44,512 nucleotides of DNA from Vulcanimicrobiaceae bacterium (GCA_050733775.1 JBOHTT010000242.1:1-44512); one strand, 5' to 3'; shown: positions 22,549-32,327, counted from the first letter of the stretch. The notes: a model not told the origin generated them from the letters alone. Numbers and translations: made by a program.

Positions 22549-23660
22549 GGCTTGCCGTTTTTCGGACCCGAAATCGGAATCCAAAAGCGTGCCGTCGTTC
22601 CGAGGCCTTTGCGGCTCTCGATTTGCAAGCCGCTCGCAGGACCGAAAAGCCCGACGAGGCGCTTGTGCACGTTGCTGAGGCCCATGCCCAAACCCGAGCC
22701 GGTGCCTCGTTCCAAAAGGCGACGCTGTTGCGTCTTCGCGATGCCGACGCCGTTGTCGCTCACGCAAATCTCGAAGCCGCCGTCGCGCTCTTGCGCCGAA
22801 ATGCGCACGCAACCGACGCCACTCTTCGGCGCGATGCCGTGCACCATCGCGTTCTCCACAAGCGGCTGCACGGTCAGCACCGGCACGAGAAGCCGCCGCG
22901 CGCGATCGTCGATCTCGTGTTCGACCATCAACCGGTCGCCGAGACGCGCCTGCTCGAAGCGAAGATAGCGCTCGATGTAGTCGAGCTCGTCTTGCAGATG
23001 CATCAGCTCCCGGTGCTGGGAGAGCGTCTCGCGAAAGAAATCCGCGAAATCGACGATGAGGCTGTGCGCGCGCTGAGGATCCGTTCGCGTAAAACCGGCG
23101 ATCGTCGTGAGCGTATTAAAAAGAAAATGCGGAGAGATCTGCGCGCGCAGCGCCTCGAGCTCGGCGCGGGTCACGAGCGCGGCTCGCGCGTCCAGCTCCG
23201 CAAGCTCGAGGTAGACGCTAAACACTCGGGCCAGCGCGCGGGCGACAGTCTCGTCGCGGTCGATGATGACGCGACCACGCGAATGATACAGTTTGAGCGC
23301 ACCGACGACGCTGCCGCGGACGATCAGCGGCGCAACGAGCGCCGACTCGAGCGGACAGTCGTCGTTCGGACAGCCGATCTCGTCGCGATCCGAGGTTCGT
23401 GCGACTTCACCCGTTTCAAGCGCGTGCAGCGTGAGCGTCGTGATGTTCGGACGGCCGGCGCGATGATGATCCGAACCCGTTCCGACGAACGCCAGAATTC
23501 GATCGCGAGAAACTACTGCGGCCGCATCCAGGCGCAGACGCTCGTACAGCAAGCGCGCGGTGAACTTTGCGGAATCCGCACGCAAACCGCCGCGTAAATG
23601 CGGCAGCGCTTCTACAAGCAGATTGAGGACAGCGTCGTCTTGCGGAGCGGCAAGCACCAT
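22545..23660 (-). CDS. Soluble sensor histidine kinase, GAF + LytS/YehU-type His_kinase + HATPase
   Basis: ISPHFLFNTLTTIA matches the PF06580-type motif. The ATPase region has VENAMVHG and GSGLGMG. No hydrophobic N-terminal domain is present. Confidence 0.8.
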   Translation of the reverse strand: MVLAAPQDDAVLNLLVEALPHLRGGLRADSAKFTARLLYERLRLDAAAVVSRDRILAFVGTGSDHHRAGRPNITTLTLHALETGEVARTSDRDEIGCPNDDCPLESALVAPLIVRGSVVGALKLYHSRGRVIIDRDETVARALARVFSVYLELAELDARAALVTRAELEALRAQISPHFLFNTLTTIAGFTRTDPQRAHSLIVDFADFFRETLSQHRELMHLQDELDYIERYLRFEQARLGDRLMVEHEIDDRARRLLVPVLTVQPLVENAMVHGIAPKSGVGCVRISAQERDGGFEICVSDNGVGIAKTQQRRLLERGTGSGLGMGLSNVHKRLVGLFGPASGLQIESRKGLGTTARFWIPISGPKNGKP

Positions 23661-23687
23661 CGTGGCGGCAAGTATAACATGCCCCGA

Positions 23688-24686
23688 CTAATAGCCGCGA
23701 GAGGGATCGACTTGGTTTGCAAGCGGCTTTCCGGCAAGCAGGCGCGCGAGATTCTCGCAGACGAGGTCGAGCGTCAGCGCCATGTAGGTGTCGACGTCGT
23801 CCGAAGAAACGTGCGGCGACACAATGAGGTTCGGCGTCGACCATAGCGGCGAGCTCGACGGAAGAGGTTCCGGATCGAACACGTCGAGGATGGCTCCTGC
23901 CAACTCTCCCGCAATGAGTTTCTCGCGCAGAACGTCGTAGTCGATGACGCCGGCGCGCGACACGTTCACAAGGCTCGCATCGCGCTTCATCGCGTCGAGC
24001 TGTGCCTTTCCTATCAAGAAGCGCGTCGCCGGCGTAAGCGGGACGCTGACGTACACGAAGTCTGCGCGCGGCAGGACGCTCATCAGCTCGGACGTCGGGA
24101 ACATTTCGTCGACGTCGTCGTGCGGCCGCACTTCCCGGCGAACCCCCAACACGTGTAACCCCAGCCGCTTACCACGATTCGCCGCCGCACCACCCATGTC
24201 TCCGACGCCGATCACCGCAAGCGTCTTGCCTTCGATCGACGGCGTGAAGACTTGCTGCCAGCGCGCTTCGCGCTGATTGTTTAAGATTTGCGGTACGCGC
24301 GCGTTCAGCATCAGCAATGCCATTTGCGCGAACTCGCGCGTCTTCCGAACGTGAACGCCGCTGTTGTTGGTGAGCGTGACTTTCGGGGGCAGCCACGACA
24401 GCGGCAAGAGCGGTTCGAGCCCCGCACCGATCAGGTGAATCCAGCGCAGCGACGGTGCGTATTCGGCCAGACGTTCGCGCGGAAAACGCGGGTCGCGCAC
24501 GACGTCGTTTGATGTCACGAGGACGTCGGCGGTCTTGAGCCCTTCGAGATCTTCCAGGTCGTGATCGATGCTCACGTTGACGCGCGCGGCAACGTCCGAG
24601 TGCCGCCGCATCGCTTCTGCGATCAGGCCATCGTCGAACTGGAAGATGCGAGGCTTCGTGCGGTAGTTTGCAAATCGGACCTTCAT
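23688..24686 (-). CDS. D-isomer-specific 2-hydroxyacid dehydrogenase family protein
   Basis: NAD-binding motif AVIGVGDMGG and the C-terminal catalytic region NLIVSPHVSS. ATG 24686 overlaps the upstream stop (ATGA). The 547-aa ORF extension is Arg-rich and rejected. Confidence 0.8.
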   Translation of the reverse strand: MKVRFANYRTKPRIFQFDDGLIAEAMRRHSDVAARVNVSIDHDLEDLEGLKTADVLVTSNDVVRDPRFPRERLAEYAPSLRWIHLIGAGLEPLLPLSWLPPKVTLTNNSGVHVRKTREFAQMALLMLNARVPQILNNQREARWQQVFTPSIEGKTLAVIGVGDMGGAAANRGKRLGLHVLGVRREVRPHDDVDEMFPTSELMSVLPRADFVYVSVPLTPATRFLIGKAQLDAMKRDASLVNVSRAGVIDYDVLREKLIAGELAGAILDVFDPEPLPSSSPLWSTPNLIVSPHVSSDDVDTYMALTLDLVCENLARLLAGKPLANQVDPSRGY

Positions 24687-25279
24687 CCGATCAGAGCCAC
24701 CTCGACCGGGCGCGGCGTGCAATCGGCGCCGTTGACCGGAATCAAATCCTGCGGACAGGACGAGAACGCAACGAAGCAATCCATCTCGGCCCGGAAAGCG
24801 ATGTATTGCCCCGGCTCTGATACCGGCGCAAGCGCCTCCATCGTGCCGTCGTCGTGGTACGCGACCTTCATGAAGAGGTTGAACGGACACGGCGTTTGCG
24901 CCGCCGCGCGCCCGTGCTCTTCGAGCACGGCGGCCAAATTGTCGGTGCAGTTGTCGTGATAGACGGGGTGCCCGAGCAGCTCGTAGCGATAGCGGTCGCA
25001 GGCCGCAAATGCGGTGTCGTGAATGCCGGGCGTCGTGTCCGCAACGATGGTCACGATCGGACGGCGCCGGTTCGTGACGAAGGTGCCGCCGACGGCCGGC
25101 AGCCATCGTCCCATCGTGACGCGCGAGTGTTCCATCGCCATGAATTCCGATGGATCGGTCTCGTTGAACGCCCACATGTCGACGACTTGGGTGCCGAACA
25201 GATTGACGACGCGAAACTCGGCGCCGCGCGACACGGACAGTCCGTTGCCGCGCCGAGCGGGTACGGTAATGGTTTTCAT
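24683..25279 (-). CDS. DUF1989 / urea-carboxylase-associated-family protein
   Basis: MKTITVPARRGNGLSVSRGAEFRVVNLFGTQVVDMWAF... resembles this family from memory. ATGA overlap with the permease stop. Confidence 0.6.
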   Translation of the reverse strand: MKTITVPARRGNGLSVSRGAEFRVVNLFGTQVVDMWAFNETDPSEFMAMEHSRVTMGRWLPAVGGTFVTNRRRPIVTIVADTTPGIHDTAFAACDRYRYELLGHPVYHDNCTDNLAAVLEEHGRAAAQTPCPFNLFMKVAYHDDGTMEALAPVSEPGQYIAFRAEMDCFVAFSSCPQDLIPVNGADCTPRPVEVALIG

Positions 25280-26100
25280 ATGTGCTCCGTCCATGGGCAG
25301 AAATACCGCTCGGCCGCAGATACGAGCGCAAAGAGTGAGTTGCCGAGTATCGACAGCAGGGCGATTGCGGCGAAAACGAGTGCGGTGCGCACGTTGGTCG
25401 ACATCGTGAGGATGAAGTAACCCAAGCCGCGGTCCGAGCCTACGAACTCGGCAACGACGGCGCCGATCACGGAAAGCGTCATTGCAACCTTCATCGCGCT
25501 GAAGACGTACGGCATCGACCACGGCAAGCGCACTTTCCAAAAAACTTTGAGCGTCGGCGCATTGAGCGAGCGCGTGAGCTCGAGGAGCTCGGGCTCGACG
25601 GATGCCATACCGGTCGACGTATTGATGATGATCGGAAAGAACGCGGTAATCATCGCAATGAGAACTTTAGAGGACGCACCGTAGCCGATCCACAGCAGAA
25701 TGAGCGGCGCGAGCGCGACCTTCGGCACGGACTGAAAGATGAGCAGGAGCGGCATCGTGACGCGGCGAGCGAGATTCGAATAGACGATGAGCACCGCGAG
25801 TGGGATGCCGACCGCGACGGCGAGCAAGAAGCCAAGCACGACTTCGTAACAGGTCACCCACAAATGGCCGGCGAGCACGCCGCGCCAGGCCCACGTCGCT
25901 TCGGCGATTTGACTCGGCGACGGCAAGAGATACTGCGGGATCTTTCCCGTGTCGCACAGCAGCTCCCAAATCCCGAGCAACGCCGCAAAGACGACGTACG
26001 GCAGCAGCACTTCGCCCCACGCCCGCGCTCGCGGCGTGCGCCGCTCAGCGCCGGACGGTTTGTGCGTTACCGGTAATGAGATTTCGGATTTCACTTGCAT
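25276..26100 (-). CDS. ABC transporter permease (NitT/TauT family)
   Basis: About 6 TM helices and a BPD_transp_1-like core. The annotated ATG overlaps the ATPase gene by 56 nt, so the start is uncertain. Confidence 0.8.
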   Translation of the reverse strand: MQVKSEISLPVTHKPSGAERRTPRARAWGEVLLPYVVFAALLGIWELLCDTGKIPQYLLPSPSQIAEATWAWRGVLAGHLWVTCYEVVLGFLLAVAVGIPLAVLIVYSNLARRVTMPLLLIFQSVPKVALAPLILLWIGYGASSKVLIAMITAFFPIIINTSTGMASVEPELLELTRSLNAPTLKVFWKVRLPWSMPYVFSAMKVAMTLSVIGAVVAEFVGSDRGLGYFILTMSTNVRTALVFAAIALLSILGNSLFALVSAAERYFCPWTEHI

Positions 26101-26824
26101 ACGTGCCGAACTTGGGTGTAGCGACCATTGCGAGCTCGCGCGGCCGCGGAAGATCGATCTCGAGGGACGCGACGATCCGGCCGGGGCGCGGCGACATCAC
26201 GAGGACGCGGTCCGCGAGCAGAACGCCTTCTTGAATGCTATGCGTCACGAAGAGGATCGTCTTGCGGCGTTCGCTCCAAATACGCAGCAGCTCCATGCCG
26301 AGCTCTTCGCGCGTCAATGCGTCGAGCGCGGCGAACGGCTCGTCCATGAGCAGTAAATGCGGATCGTAGATCAACGAGCGGCAAAGCGAAACGCGCTGCT
26401 GCATACCGCCGGACAGCTCGCCCGGATACGAGCGCTCGAAGCCGGACAGTCCGACCAGCTCGATCAGCTCTTGCGCGCGCGGGCGATATTCGCGCACGCT
26501 GCGCCCAAGCATTTCAATCGGAAACAGCACGTTGTCTATCACCGAACGCCAAGGTAAGAGCACCGGTCGCTGAAAGACGAGACCGATGCGCTCGGTCGGG
26601 CCCTCCATGCGCGCACCTTCGTAGAAGATCTCGCCGCTCGAGGGCGCGATGATGCCGGAGATGAGCTTCAACAGCGTACTCTTACCGCATCCGCTCGGGC
26701 CGACGATCGTCACGAATTCGCCGGCACCGAGGGACGTGGAAATATCGACGAGCGCGGTTACCTTCTCGCCAACCTTCGTCGAATAGACCATCCCAAGGTC
26801 GCGGATATCGACGACGGCGGCCAA
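26045..26824 (-). CDS. ABC transporter ATP-binding protein (NitT/TauT family)
   Basis: Walker A GPSGCGKS, signature LSGGMQQR, Walker B LLLMDEPF. Confidence 0.9.
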   Translation of the reverse strand: MAAVVDIRDLGMVYSTKVGEKVTALVDISTSLGAGEFVTIVGPSGCGKSTLLKLISGIIAPSSGEIFYEGARMEGPTERIGLVFQRPVLLPWRSVIDNVLFPIEMLGRSVREYRPRAQELIELVGLSGFERSYPGELSGGMQQRVSLCRSLIYDPHLLLMDEPFAALDALTREELGMELLRIWSERRKTILFVTHSIQEGVLLADRVLVMSPRPGRIVASLEIDLPRPRELAMVATPKFGTYASEIRNLITGNAQTVRR

Positions 26825-26830
26825 GGTCGT

Positions 26831-27868
26831 TTAAAGATTCGCGGTCTTGATGACCGGCAGATCGGCGTCGGTGAAGATTTCGCCCACCGGAATCTTGCGT
26901 TTGAGCTTGAGCGCTTCCGTCACGACGTCGCGCACGTGCTCCATATGCTTCGAGTCGACGTAGCCGTAGCCGTGCGCCGCGGTCTCCGGCGTAATCGACA
27001 GCTCTTTTGCGTCCTGGAGCTCCGCCTCGCCGATGTCGGCTTCCACCTCAGGGTTCGTCTTTCGTAAGATTGCAATCGCATCGGCTGGGTGCTCGTACGA
27101 CCACAATGCCGCCTTGATCGTGGCCGTCATGAAGCGACGGATGATGTCGGGCTTGCTCTTGAGCGCATCGTTGTTGACGATGATGCTGTCACCGTAAAGG
27201 TCGAAGCCATAGTCGGCAAACCGGAAAGCCTTGAGCGTGATGCCGATGTTTTGCGCCGCGGAGTCTTTACGGTAGCGGCCGAGATACGAGCTCTGATCGA
27301 GCACTGCATCGACCTTTTTCGAGAATAGCAACGGCTCGAAGGCCGAACCCGGAGCGACGACTTCCTTGATGCTGTTGCGATCGATGTGATTCACGGCAAG
27401 GAAGCCGGGATACATGTTGACCGACGCTCCCGCGGCGGAACGGCCGAGCGTCTTGCCGACGAGATCCTGCGGTTTGCGTATTCCGGACTGCTCGGAGTAA
27501 ACGATCGCGACGGACGATTTTCCATTGATCATGCCGACGATCGTGACGGGAGCGCTGTCGTTGGCTTGCGCGGCGATGACGGTCGCCGTATCCGCAAGGC
27601 CGAATAACGATTCGCCGACCGCAATGCGCTTTACGGTATCGCCGGAGCCGTTACCGCGCGAAATCGAAACGTTCAGTCCTTCGGCGGCATAATAGCCCTT
27701 GTCGACACCCACGAAGAACGGCGAGTTTCTTCCGCTGACCAGCCAATTGAGTGCGAGCTTTACGTCTTCGGTGCCGGCAGCCCGCAACAATCCGCTTGGT
27801 GCAAGCGTCAGTGCCGTTGCGACAGGTGCGGCGACCTGCGCGAACTGGGAACGCGTCAACTTTCGCAT
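26831..27868 (-). CDS. ABC transporter substrate-binding protein (NMT1/THI5-like)
   Basis: Signal peptide. Adjacent to the ATPase and permease. 345 aa. Confidence 0.75.
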   Translation of the reverse strand: MRKLTRSQFAQVAAPVATALTLAPSGLLRAAGTEDVKLALNWLVSGRNSPFFVGVDKGYYAAEGLNVSISRGNGSGDTVKRIAVGESLFGLADTATVIAAQANDSAPVTIVGMINGKSSVAIVYSEQSGIRKPQDLVGKTLGRSAAGASVNMYPGFLAVNHIDRNSIKEVVAPGSAFEPLLFSKKVDAVLDQSSYLGRYRKDSAAQNIGITLKAFRFADYGFDLYGDSIIVNNDALKSKPDIIRRFMTATIKAALWSYEHPADAIAILRKTNPEVEADIGEAELQDAKELSITPETAAHGYGYVDSKHMEHVRDVVTEALKLKRKIPVGEIFTDADLPVIKTANL

Positions 27869-27877
27869 GAGCCCCTC

Positions 27878-29074
27878 CTAAGTTTTAGCGACGTCGAGGT
27901 CTTGAACTCTGAAGCCGAGGTGCGTCGGTGTCGGATTGACGACGCCGAGGACGTGGTCGAGCACCCAGTTGTCGAACGCATGAACGAGCGGCTCGTGCTC
28001 TGAGAGCCGTCCCGGGCGGCTGAACGGCGATGAAATACCTTCTTGCTGCAGCACGCTGATCTCGAGGTCTTCCGCCGTCGTGAGGTCCCAACGCTTGTAA
28101 TAGTTCTTTGCGATCTCTTCGAAGTCGGCTCGCTCCGTAATCTCTTTCGGAAAGCACGAACCGACGACGAGCTCGATCTTCGCCGGACCGAGCGGACGGA
28201 TCTCGAGGAACCACACGGCGTCGACGGTGCAGCCGAGCATCGTACTCGGATAGATGAGCGGATAAAACGTACCGAGCGCCGCTTTGCCGCTGAGCGACGG
28301 GATGCGCGGAAACGTCGCCTCTCCCATCAGCACGGCACGGCTACCTTCGTGCTGCTTGTGCATCACGACCCAGTTGCCGCGTGTCGAATCGAAGGTGCGA
28401 TCTTCTTTGACGTTGCCCTTTTGCTGATTGATGGTCGCTTTGTGCACGTGCGGCACGTGGAACGCTTCCATCGCGTTCTCGACGTAGATCTTCCAATTGC
28501 AAGCGACCTCGTAGTTCTTGCGTCGCGTGCAGCGAAGATTTTCCATGTTGTAGGATTCAAAGACGCCCGGCAAGTCGCCCAGGAATTTCGTCAGGCTATC
28601 GCTGTCCGGATCGAAGTTGACGAAAAGAAATCCGCCCCACGTTTCGAGCTTGATCGGAACCAAGGGATATTGGCTCGCGTCGAAGTCGTGCGCGGTGCGC
28701 ATGCCGGGCGTTCCGATGAGCTTTCCGTCGAGAGCGTACGTCCAGCCGTGATACGGGCAGCGAAAGTTCTTGCAGTTGCCGTCAGCCAGCGCGACTTTCG
28801 AGCCGCGATGCCGGCACGAGTTCGAGAAGGCACGTACCTGTCCGTCGCTTCCGCGCGCGACGAGGAGCGGTACGCCGGTAAAATCGAGCGTAAAGTAATC
28901 GCCTGGATTTGGAATGTAATCGGCGCGTCCGATGAAATTCCAAACCTTGAAGAAGATCGTCTCGACTTCGCGGCGATAAAACTCTTCCGAGGTGTAACAC
29001 CATGTCGGAAGCGTCTCAGCATCGAGCAACGGCTTGCGAACGTCGCGATAAGAATCGGCGTCGAAAATGTGCAT
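27878..29074 (-). CDS. Rieske [2Fe-2S] non-haem-iron oxygenase, alpha subunit-like
   Basis: Rieske motif CRHRGSKV...CPYHGW, with a catalytic region containing EAFHVPHVH. Confidence 0.85.
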   Translation of the reverse strand: MHIFDADSYRDVRKPLLDAETLPTWCYTSEEFYRREVETIFFKVWNFIGRADYIPNPGDYFTLDFTGVPLLVARGSDGQVRAFSNSCRHRGSKVALADGNCKNFRCPYHGWTYALDGKLIGTPGMRTAHDFDASQYPLVPIKLETWGGFLFVNFDPDSDSLTKFLGDLPGVFESYNMENLRCTRRKNYEVACNWKIYVENAMEAFHVPHVHKATINQQKGNVKEDRTFDSTRGNWVVMHKQHEGSRAVLMGEATFPRIPSLSGKAALGTFYPLIYPSTMLGCTVDAVWFLEIRPLGPAKIELVVGSCFPKEITERADFEEIAKNYYKRWDLTTAEDLEISVLQQEGISSPFSRPGRLSEHEPLVHAFDNWVLDHVLGVVNPTPTHLGFRVQDLDVAKT

Positions 29075-29109
29075 GGGGACGGTAAACTATGACGCGCTTG
29101 CTGTGATTC

Positions 29110-30351
29110 CTATGCAAAGCGTGCGAGATCGAACGGCCGCAGATCGAACGGCGGTGTTTCTCCCGTAACGAGCGCGGCAATGGCACGTGCCGACGTGGCC
29201 GATTGCGTCAGGCCGAGATGGCCATGACCGAACGAGTAATAGAGGTTCGCATGGCGCCCCGCGCGGCCGATCATCGGCACGTCGTCGGCACTGACGGGAC
29301 GGACGCCCATCCATGCCGTCGCATTCGCGCGCTCCAGTCCCGGCAAGTATGGCAGCGCCAGCTTGTAAAGATTCTCGGCGCGGCGCATGTCGGGCGGCGT
29401 GTCGGCGGGCGCAAATTCCATCGTGCCCGCCAGGCGCAATCCGGCGCGCATCGGGGTCACGCCGAAATGGGCTTCCTCGACGATGACGGCGCGCTGTAAC
29501 TGCACGCCCGGATTCGCCAGCATTAAATGGTAGCCGCGGGCGGGCGCCAGGGGCACGCGGTAACCGAGCGGCCGCAGCAGTTTGGCCGACGCGTGGCCGG
29601 CCGCCACGAGCACACGTCCGACGACGACACGCTCGCGGCGACCGTAGGTCACCGACCACGCGCCGCTCTCTTCGGGAACGATGCGGTCTGCTGCGGCGAG
29701 CACGACGTTGCCGCGCTCGCGAACGCGCGCGCCCAGGCGTCGCCCGAATTCGGCGAGATCGACGCAATGCGCGGAGTGCGGAAAATACATTCCGCCGGCG
29801 AGCCGATCGCTCAGCGCGGGCTCGAGCGCTGCAAGCGCGCGTGCGTCGAGCATTTCCGCCGGTATTCCGGCGTCCTCGAAATAGTGCAAGTTGCGTGAAA
29901 GCCCATCGAGCGTACGAGCGTCGCGACAAGCTTTGAGTCCGCCGTTTCGCACGATGAGGTCGTCGGCGCCGGCCGCGCGAGCCATATCGACGAGCGTATC
30001 GACGGACGTCTTGTTCAACTGAGAGAGCGCGGCGATGCCGATCTCGTACCGTTCCTTGCGCATCGCGCGCAAAAACTGCGCGCTCCATCCCGTCAGCTGT
30101 GGAATGTACGACGAACGAAACACGAGTGGGCCGAGCGGATCGAGCAGCATCCGCGGAACTGCGGTCAATAAGCGCGGATGCGGAAGCGGAAAGATCTCGC
30201 CGTCGTGCAGGAATCCCGCGCTGCCCTCCGCCGTCCACGCACCGACCTGAACAGGATCGAACGTAATGGTACGCAGGCCGGCGTCTTGCAGCGCGAGCGT
30301 CGCAGTCGTCCCGATGATGCCGCTGCCGACAATCGCAATATCAGCGTCCAC
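29110..30351 (-). CDS. FAD-dependent oxidoreductase (DadA/DAO-like)
   Basis: N-terminal IAIVGSGIIGTTATLAL. 413 aa. Confidence 0.8.
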   Translation of the reverse strand: MDADIAIVGSGIIGTTATLALQDAGLRTITFDPVQVGAWTAEGSAGFLHDGEIFPLPHPRLLTAVPRMLLDPLGPLVFRSSYIPQLTGWSAQFLRAMRKERYEIGIAALSQLNKTSVDTLVDMARAAGADDLIVRNGGLKACRDARTLDGLSRNLHYFEDAGIPAEMLDARALAALEPALSDRLAGGMYFPHSAHCVDLAEFGRRLGARVRERGNVVLAAADRIVPEESGAWSVTYGRRERVVVGRVLVAAGHASAKLLRPLGYRVPLAPARGYHLMLANPGVQLQRAVIVEEAHFGVTPMRAGLRLAGTMEFAPADTPPDMRRAENLYKLALPYLPGLERANATAWMGVRPVSADDVPMIGRAGRHANLYYSFGHGHLGLTQSATSARAIAALVTGETPPFDLRPFDLARFA

Positions 30352-30353
30352 GT

Positions 30354-30764
30354 TTATTTCTCGAAAACGATGCCGGCTTTCTGTACTTCTTCGTACGGCA
30401 ATAGCCAGACCATGGACTCATCGTGTAAATCGACGACCTGCACGCGATTCCCGAACGGATCGATGAAGTCACACCCGAACGGCGGAATGAGCTTGATGCC
30501 ATATTTGCTCGTGAGCTTCTTTTTGACTTCGTCGAGCTGCGTCGCATCGCGTACCATCAAGCCGAAGTGCCGCATGCCGGTCGGCGAGACTTTCTCGACT
30601 TCGAACATCGCCAAGAATTGGTGCTCGCCCAGTTTGAAAAACGCGTCGCCTTCGCCCTCATCGAGCTTCTCGAGATTGAAAACGTCTCGATAAAAGGCCA
30701 CGGCTTTATCGATGTCGTCGACTTCTATCGCAATGTGATTGCACCCATAAACCTTAACTGCCAT
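30354..30764 (-). CDS. VOC-family (glyoxalase/bleomycin-resistance/dioxygenase fold) protein
   Basis: MAVKVYGCNHIAIEVDDIDKAVAFYRDVF... Internal ATG 30764 with GGGAGA upstream. The longer ORF overlaps the divergent gene. Confidence 0.7.
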   Translation of the reverse strand: MAVKVYGCNHIAIEVDDIDKAVAFYRDVFNLEKLDEGEGDAFFKLGEHQFLAMFEVEKVSPTGMRHFGLMVRDATQLDEVKKKLTSKYGIKLIPPFGCDFIDPFGNRVQVVDLHDESMVWLLPYEEVQKAGIVFEK

Positions 30765-30813
30765 ATCTCCCGGAACCCGGGAAAAGCAGGAAAAGCGGCG
30801 TAAGGCTCGCTCC

Positions 30814-31461
30814 ATGGAAAGAGTGGTCGAAACGAGCCGGCGGAAAGCGCCGTTCGAGAAGCCGCAGTCGGTCGCATTTGACGGGACGTCGCTGTGGATC
30901 GGGTCGATTGCGACGAGCAAAGTCTATTGCCTGAATCCCCAGACGTTGGCCGTATCGCACGAGGTCGATGCACCGGGGAAACCGTGGGGCATGGCGCACG
31001 TCGCAAACGAATTTCGCGTGATCTGCGGCGAAGGAGCGGACGACGATCGTTTCGTGCGGCGCCTTTCGGCGGAGGGCGGCTTCGCCGGCAGCGACGGGTT
31101 CCGTTGTCCCGACGGTACGGGCTCACAGCTGAGTTTCGACGGAAAGCAACTGTTCGTCAGCCAGTGGTATAACCGGCGCTTACTCGGAGTCGACGATCGC
31201 GGCAACGTTACCGAGACGATCGGCATCCCGCACCAAATCTGCGGGCAGACGTATGCCGACGGCGCCTTCTATCTGGTCACCACCGAAGACGAGAGCACGG
31301 CCGATTATTGGATCACGCGCGTCGTTCGCGAGAAGGGCAAGCCGAAGATCGAAGATGTCGCGCACGTGCCGTTTGCCGCGCGGGCACTCGCGTTCGACGG
31401 CAAACAGTTTTGGACGAATCATCGCGAGGCGGGCGAGATCGTCTCTTTCCGTCTTCCGTAA
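30814..31461 (+). CDS. Beta-propeller-like repeat protein, unknown function
   Basis: Four spaced repeats of the FDG-x-x-L/F-W/F type: AFDGTSLWIGS, SFDGKQLFVSQ, YADGAFYLVT, AFDGKQFWTNH. Confidence 0.55.
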   Translation: MERVVETSRRKAPFEKPQSVAFDGTSLWIGSIATSKVYCLNPQTLAVSHEVDAPGKPWGMAHVANEFRVICGEGADDDRFVRRLSAEGGFAGSDGFRCPDGTGSQLSFDGKQLFVSQWYNRRLLGVDDRGNVTETIGIPHQICGQTYADGAFYLVTTEDESTADYWITRVVREKGKPKIEDVAHVPFAARALAFDGKQFWTNHREAGEIVSFRLP

Positions 31462-32327
31462 TGAATCCACCGAAGAGGCTCAATCCGCTCATCGCAGCGC
31501 TCGAATCGGGTAAGCATGCGTTCGCGACGTTCTGCCCGCCGGATACGGAAAGTGCGCTCGCGCTGAGCACGTCAAAATACGACGGTCTGGTATTCGAGAT
31601 GGAGCACAATCCGTGGGACCCTCGTTTGCTGCGCGACTGCTTGCAATATTTGCTCAATCGCGGGCAAATCGCACGCGCGGGTTCGGTCGTGCCCGCAATC
31701 GCGCCACTGGTGCGCGTTCCACCGAACGGCGCCGAGAAAGCGCAATTTCAAGCCAAGCAGGCACTCGATCTCGGCGTCTACGGCATCGTGTGGCCGCACA
31801 TCGCAACCGTGGATGAAGCATACAATGCGGTTGCGGCGTGCCGCTATCCGCGCCTTCCCGACAAGCCGCGATACGAACCCGCCGGCGTGCGCGGCGACGG
31901 CCCGACCGCGGCCGCGCGCTATTGGGGCCTCGGCAGTCAAGAATATTATCAGCGCGCCGACGTGTGGCCGCTGGATCCGAACGGCGAGCTGCTCGTCGTC
32001 ATCATGATCGAAGATACGAAAGGCATCGAGAACTTGCCGCAAATTCTCGCGAAGGTGCCCGGCATCGGCGTCGTCCTCATCGGTGAGGGCGATCTTTCGC
32101 AAGAGTTGGGGCTTCCACGGCAATACGAGCACCCCACGGTTCTCCAGTGGATGGCGCGTGTCGTGGAGACGTGCAAGAAACACGGCGTCGCTGTGGGGCA
32201 TCCGCATGCCGAAGCCGCGAACATGCAGCGCTTAATCGACGAAGGCTATCGTTTCTTGATGTCGGCTCCCGCGCGAACCTACGCCGGTTTGGAAGCGGGG
32301 CTTCGACTCGCCGGACGCAGCGCATGA
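31461..32327 (+). CDS. HpcH/HpaI-family (class II pyruvate) aldolase
   Basis: DGLVFEMEH, LVRVP and IMIEDTKGIENLPQI fit the family. The start overlaps the previous stop (TAATG). Confidence 0.7.
   Translation: MNPPKRLNPLIAALESGKHAFATFCPPDTESALALSTSKYDGLVFEMEHNPWDPRLLRDCLQYLLNRGQIARAGSVVPAIAPLVRVPPNGAEKAQFQAKQALDLGVYGIVWPHIATVDEAYNAVAACRYPRLPDKPRYEPAGVRGDGPTAAARYWGLGSQEYYQRADVWPLDPNGELLVVIMIEDTKGIENLPQILAKVPGIGVVLIGEGDLSQELGLPRQYEHPTVLQWMARVVETCKKHGVAVGHPHAEAANMQRLIDEGYRFLMSAPARTYAGLEAGLRLAGRSA

Noticed and set aside
24687-25331. N-terminal 215-aa extension of the 2-hydroxyacid dehydrogenase ORF (547-aa version)
   Set aside because: The extension is Arg/His/Gly-rich and overlaps the DUF1989-like and permease genes in another frame. 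The dehydrogenase homology begins at the internal ATG 24686, which forms an ATGA junction with the upstream gene.
29087-30238. 383-aa Arg-rich ORF overlapping the DadA-like gene
   Set aside because: It has extreme Arg/Ala content and no motifs. The alternative frame carries the GxGxxG FAD fold and reads like a real enzyme.
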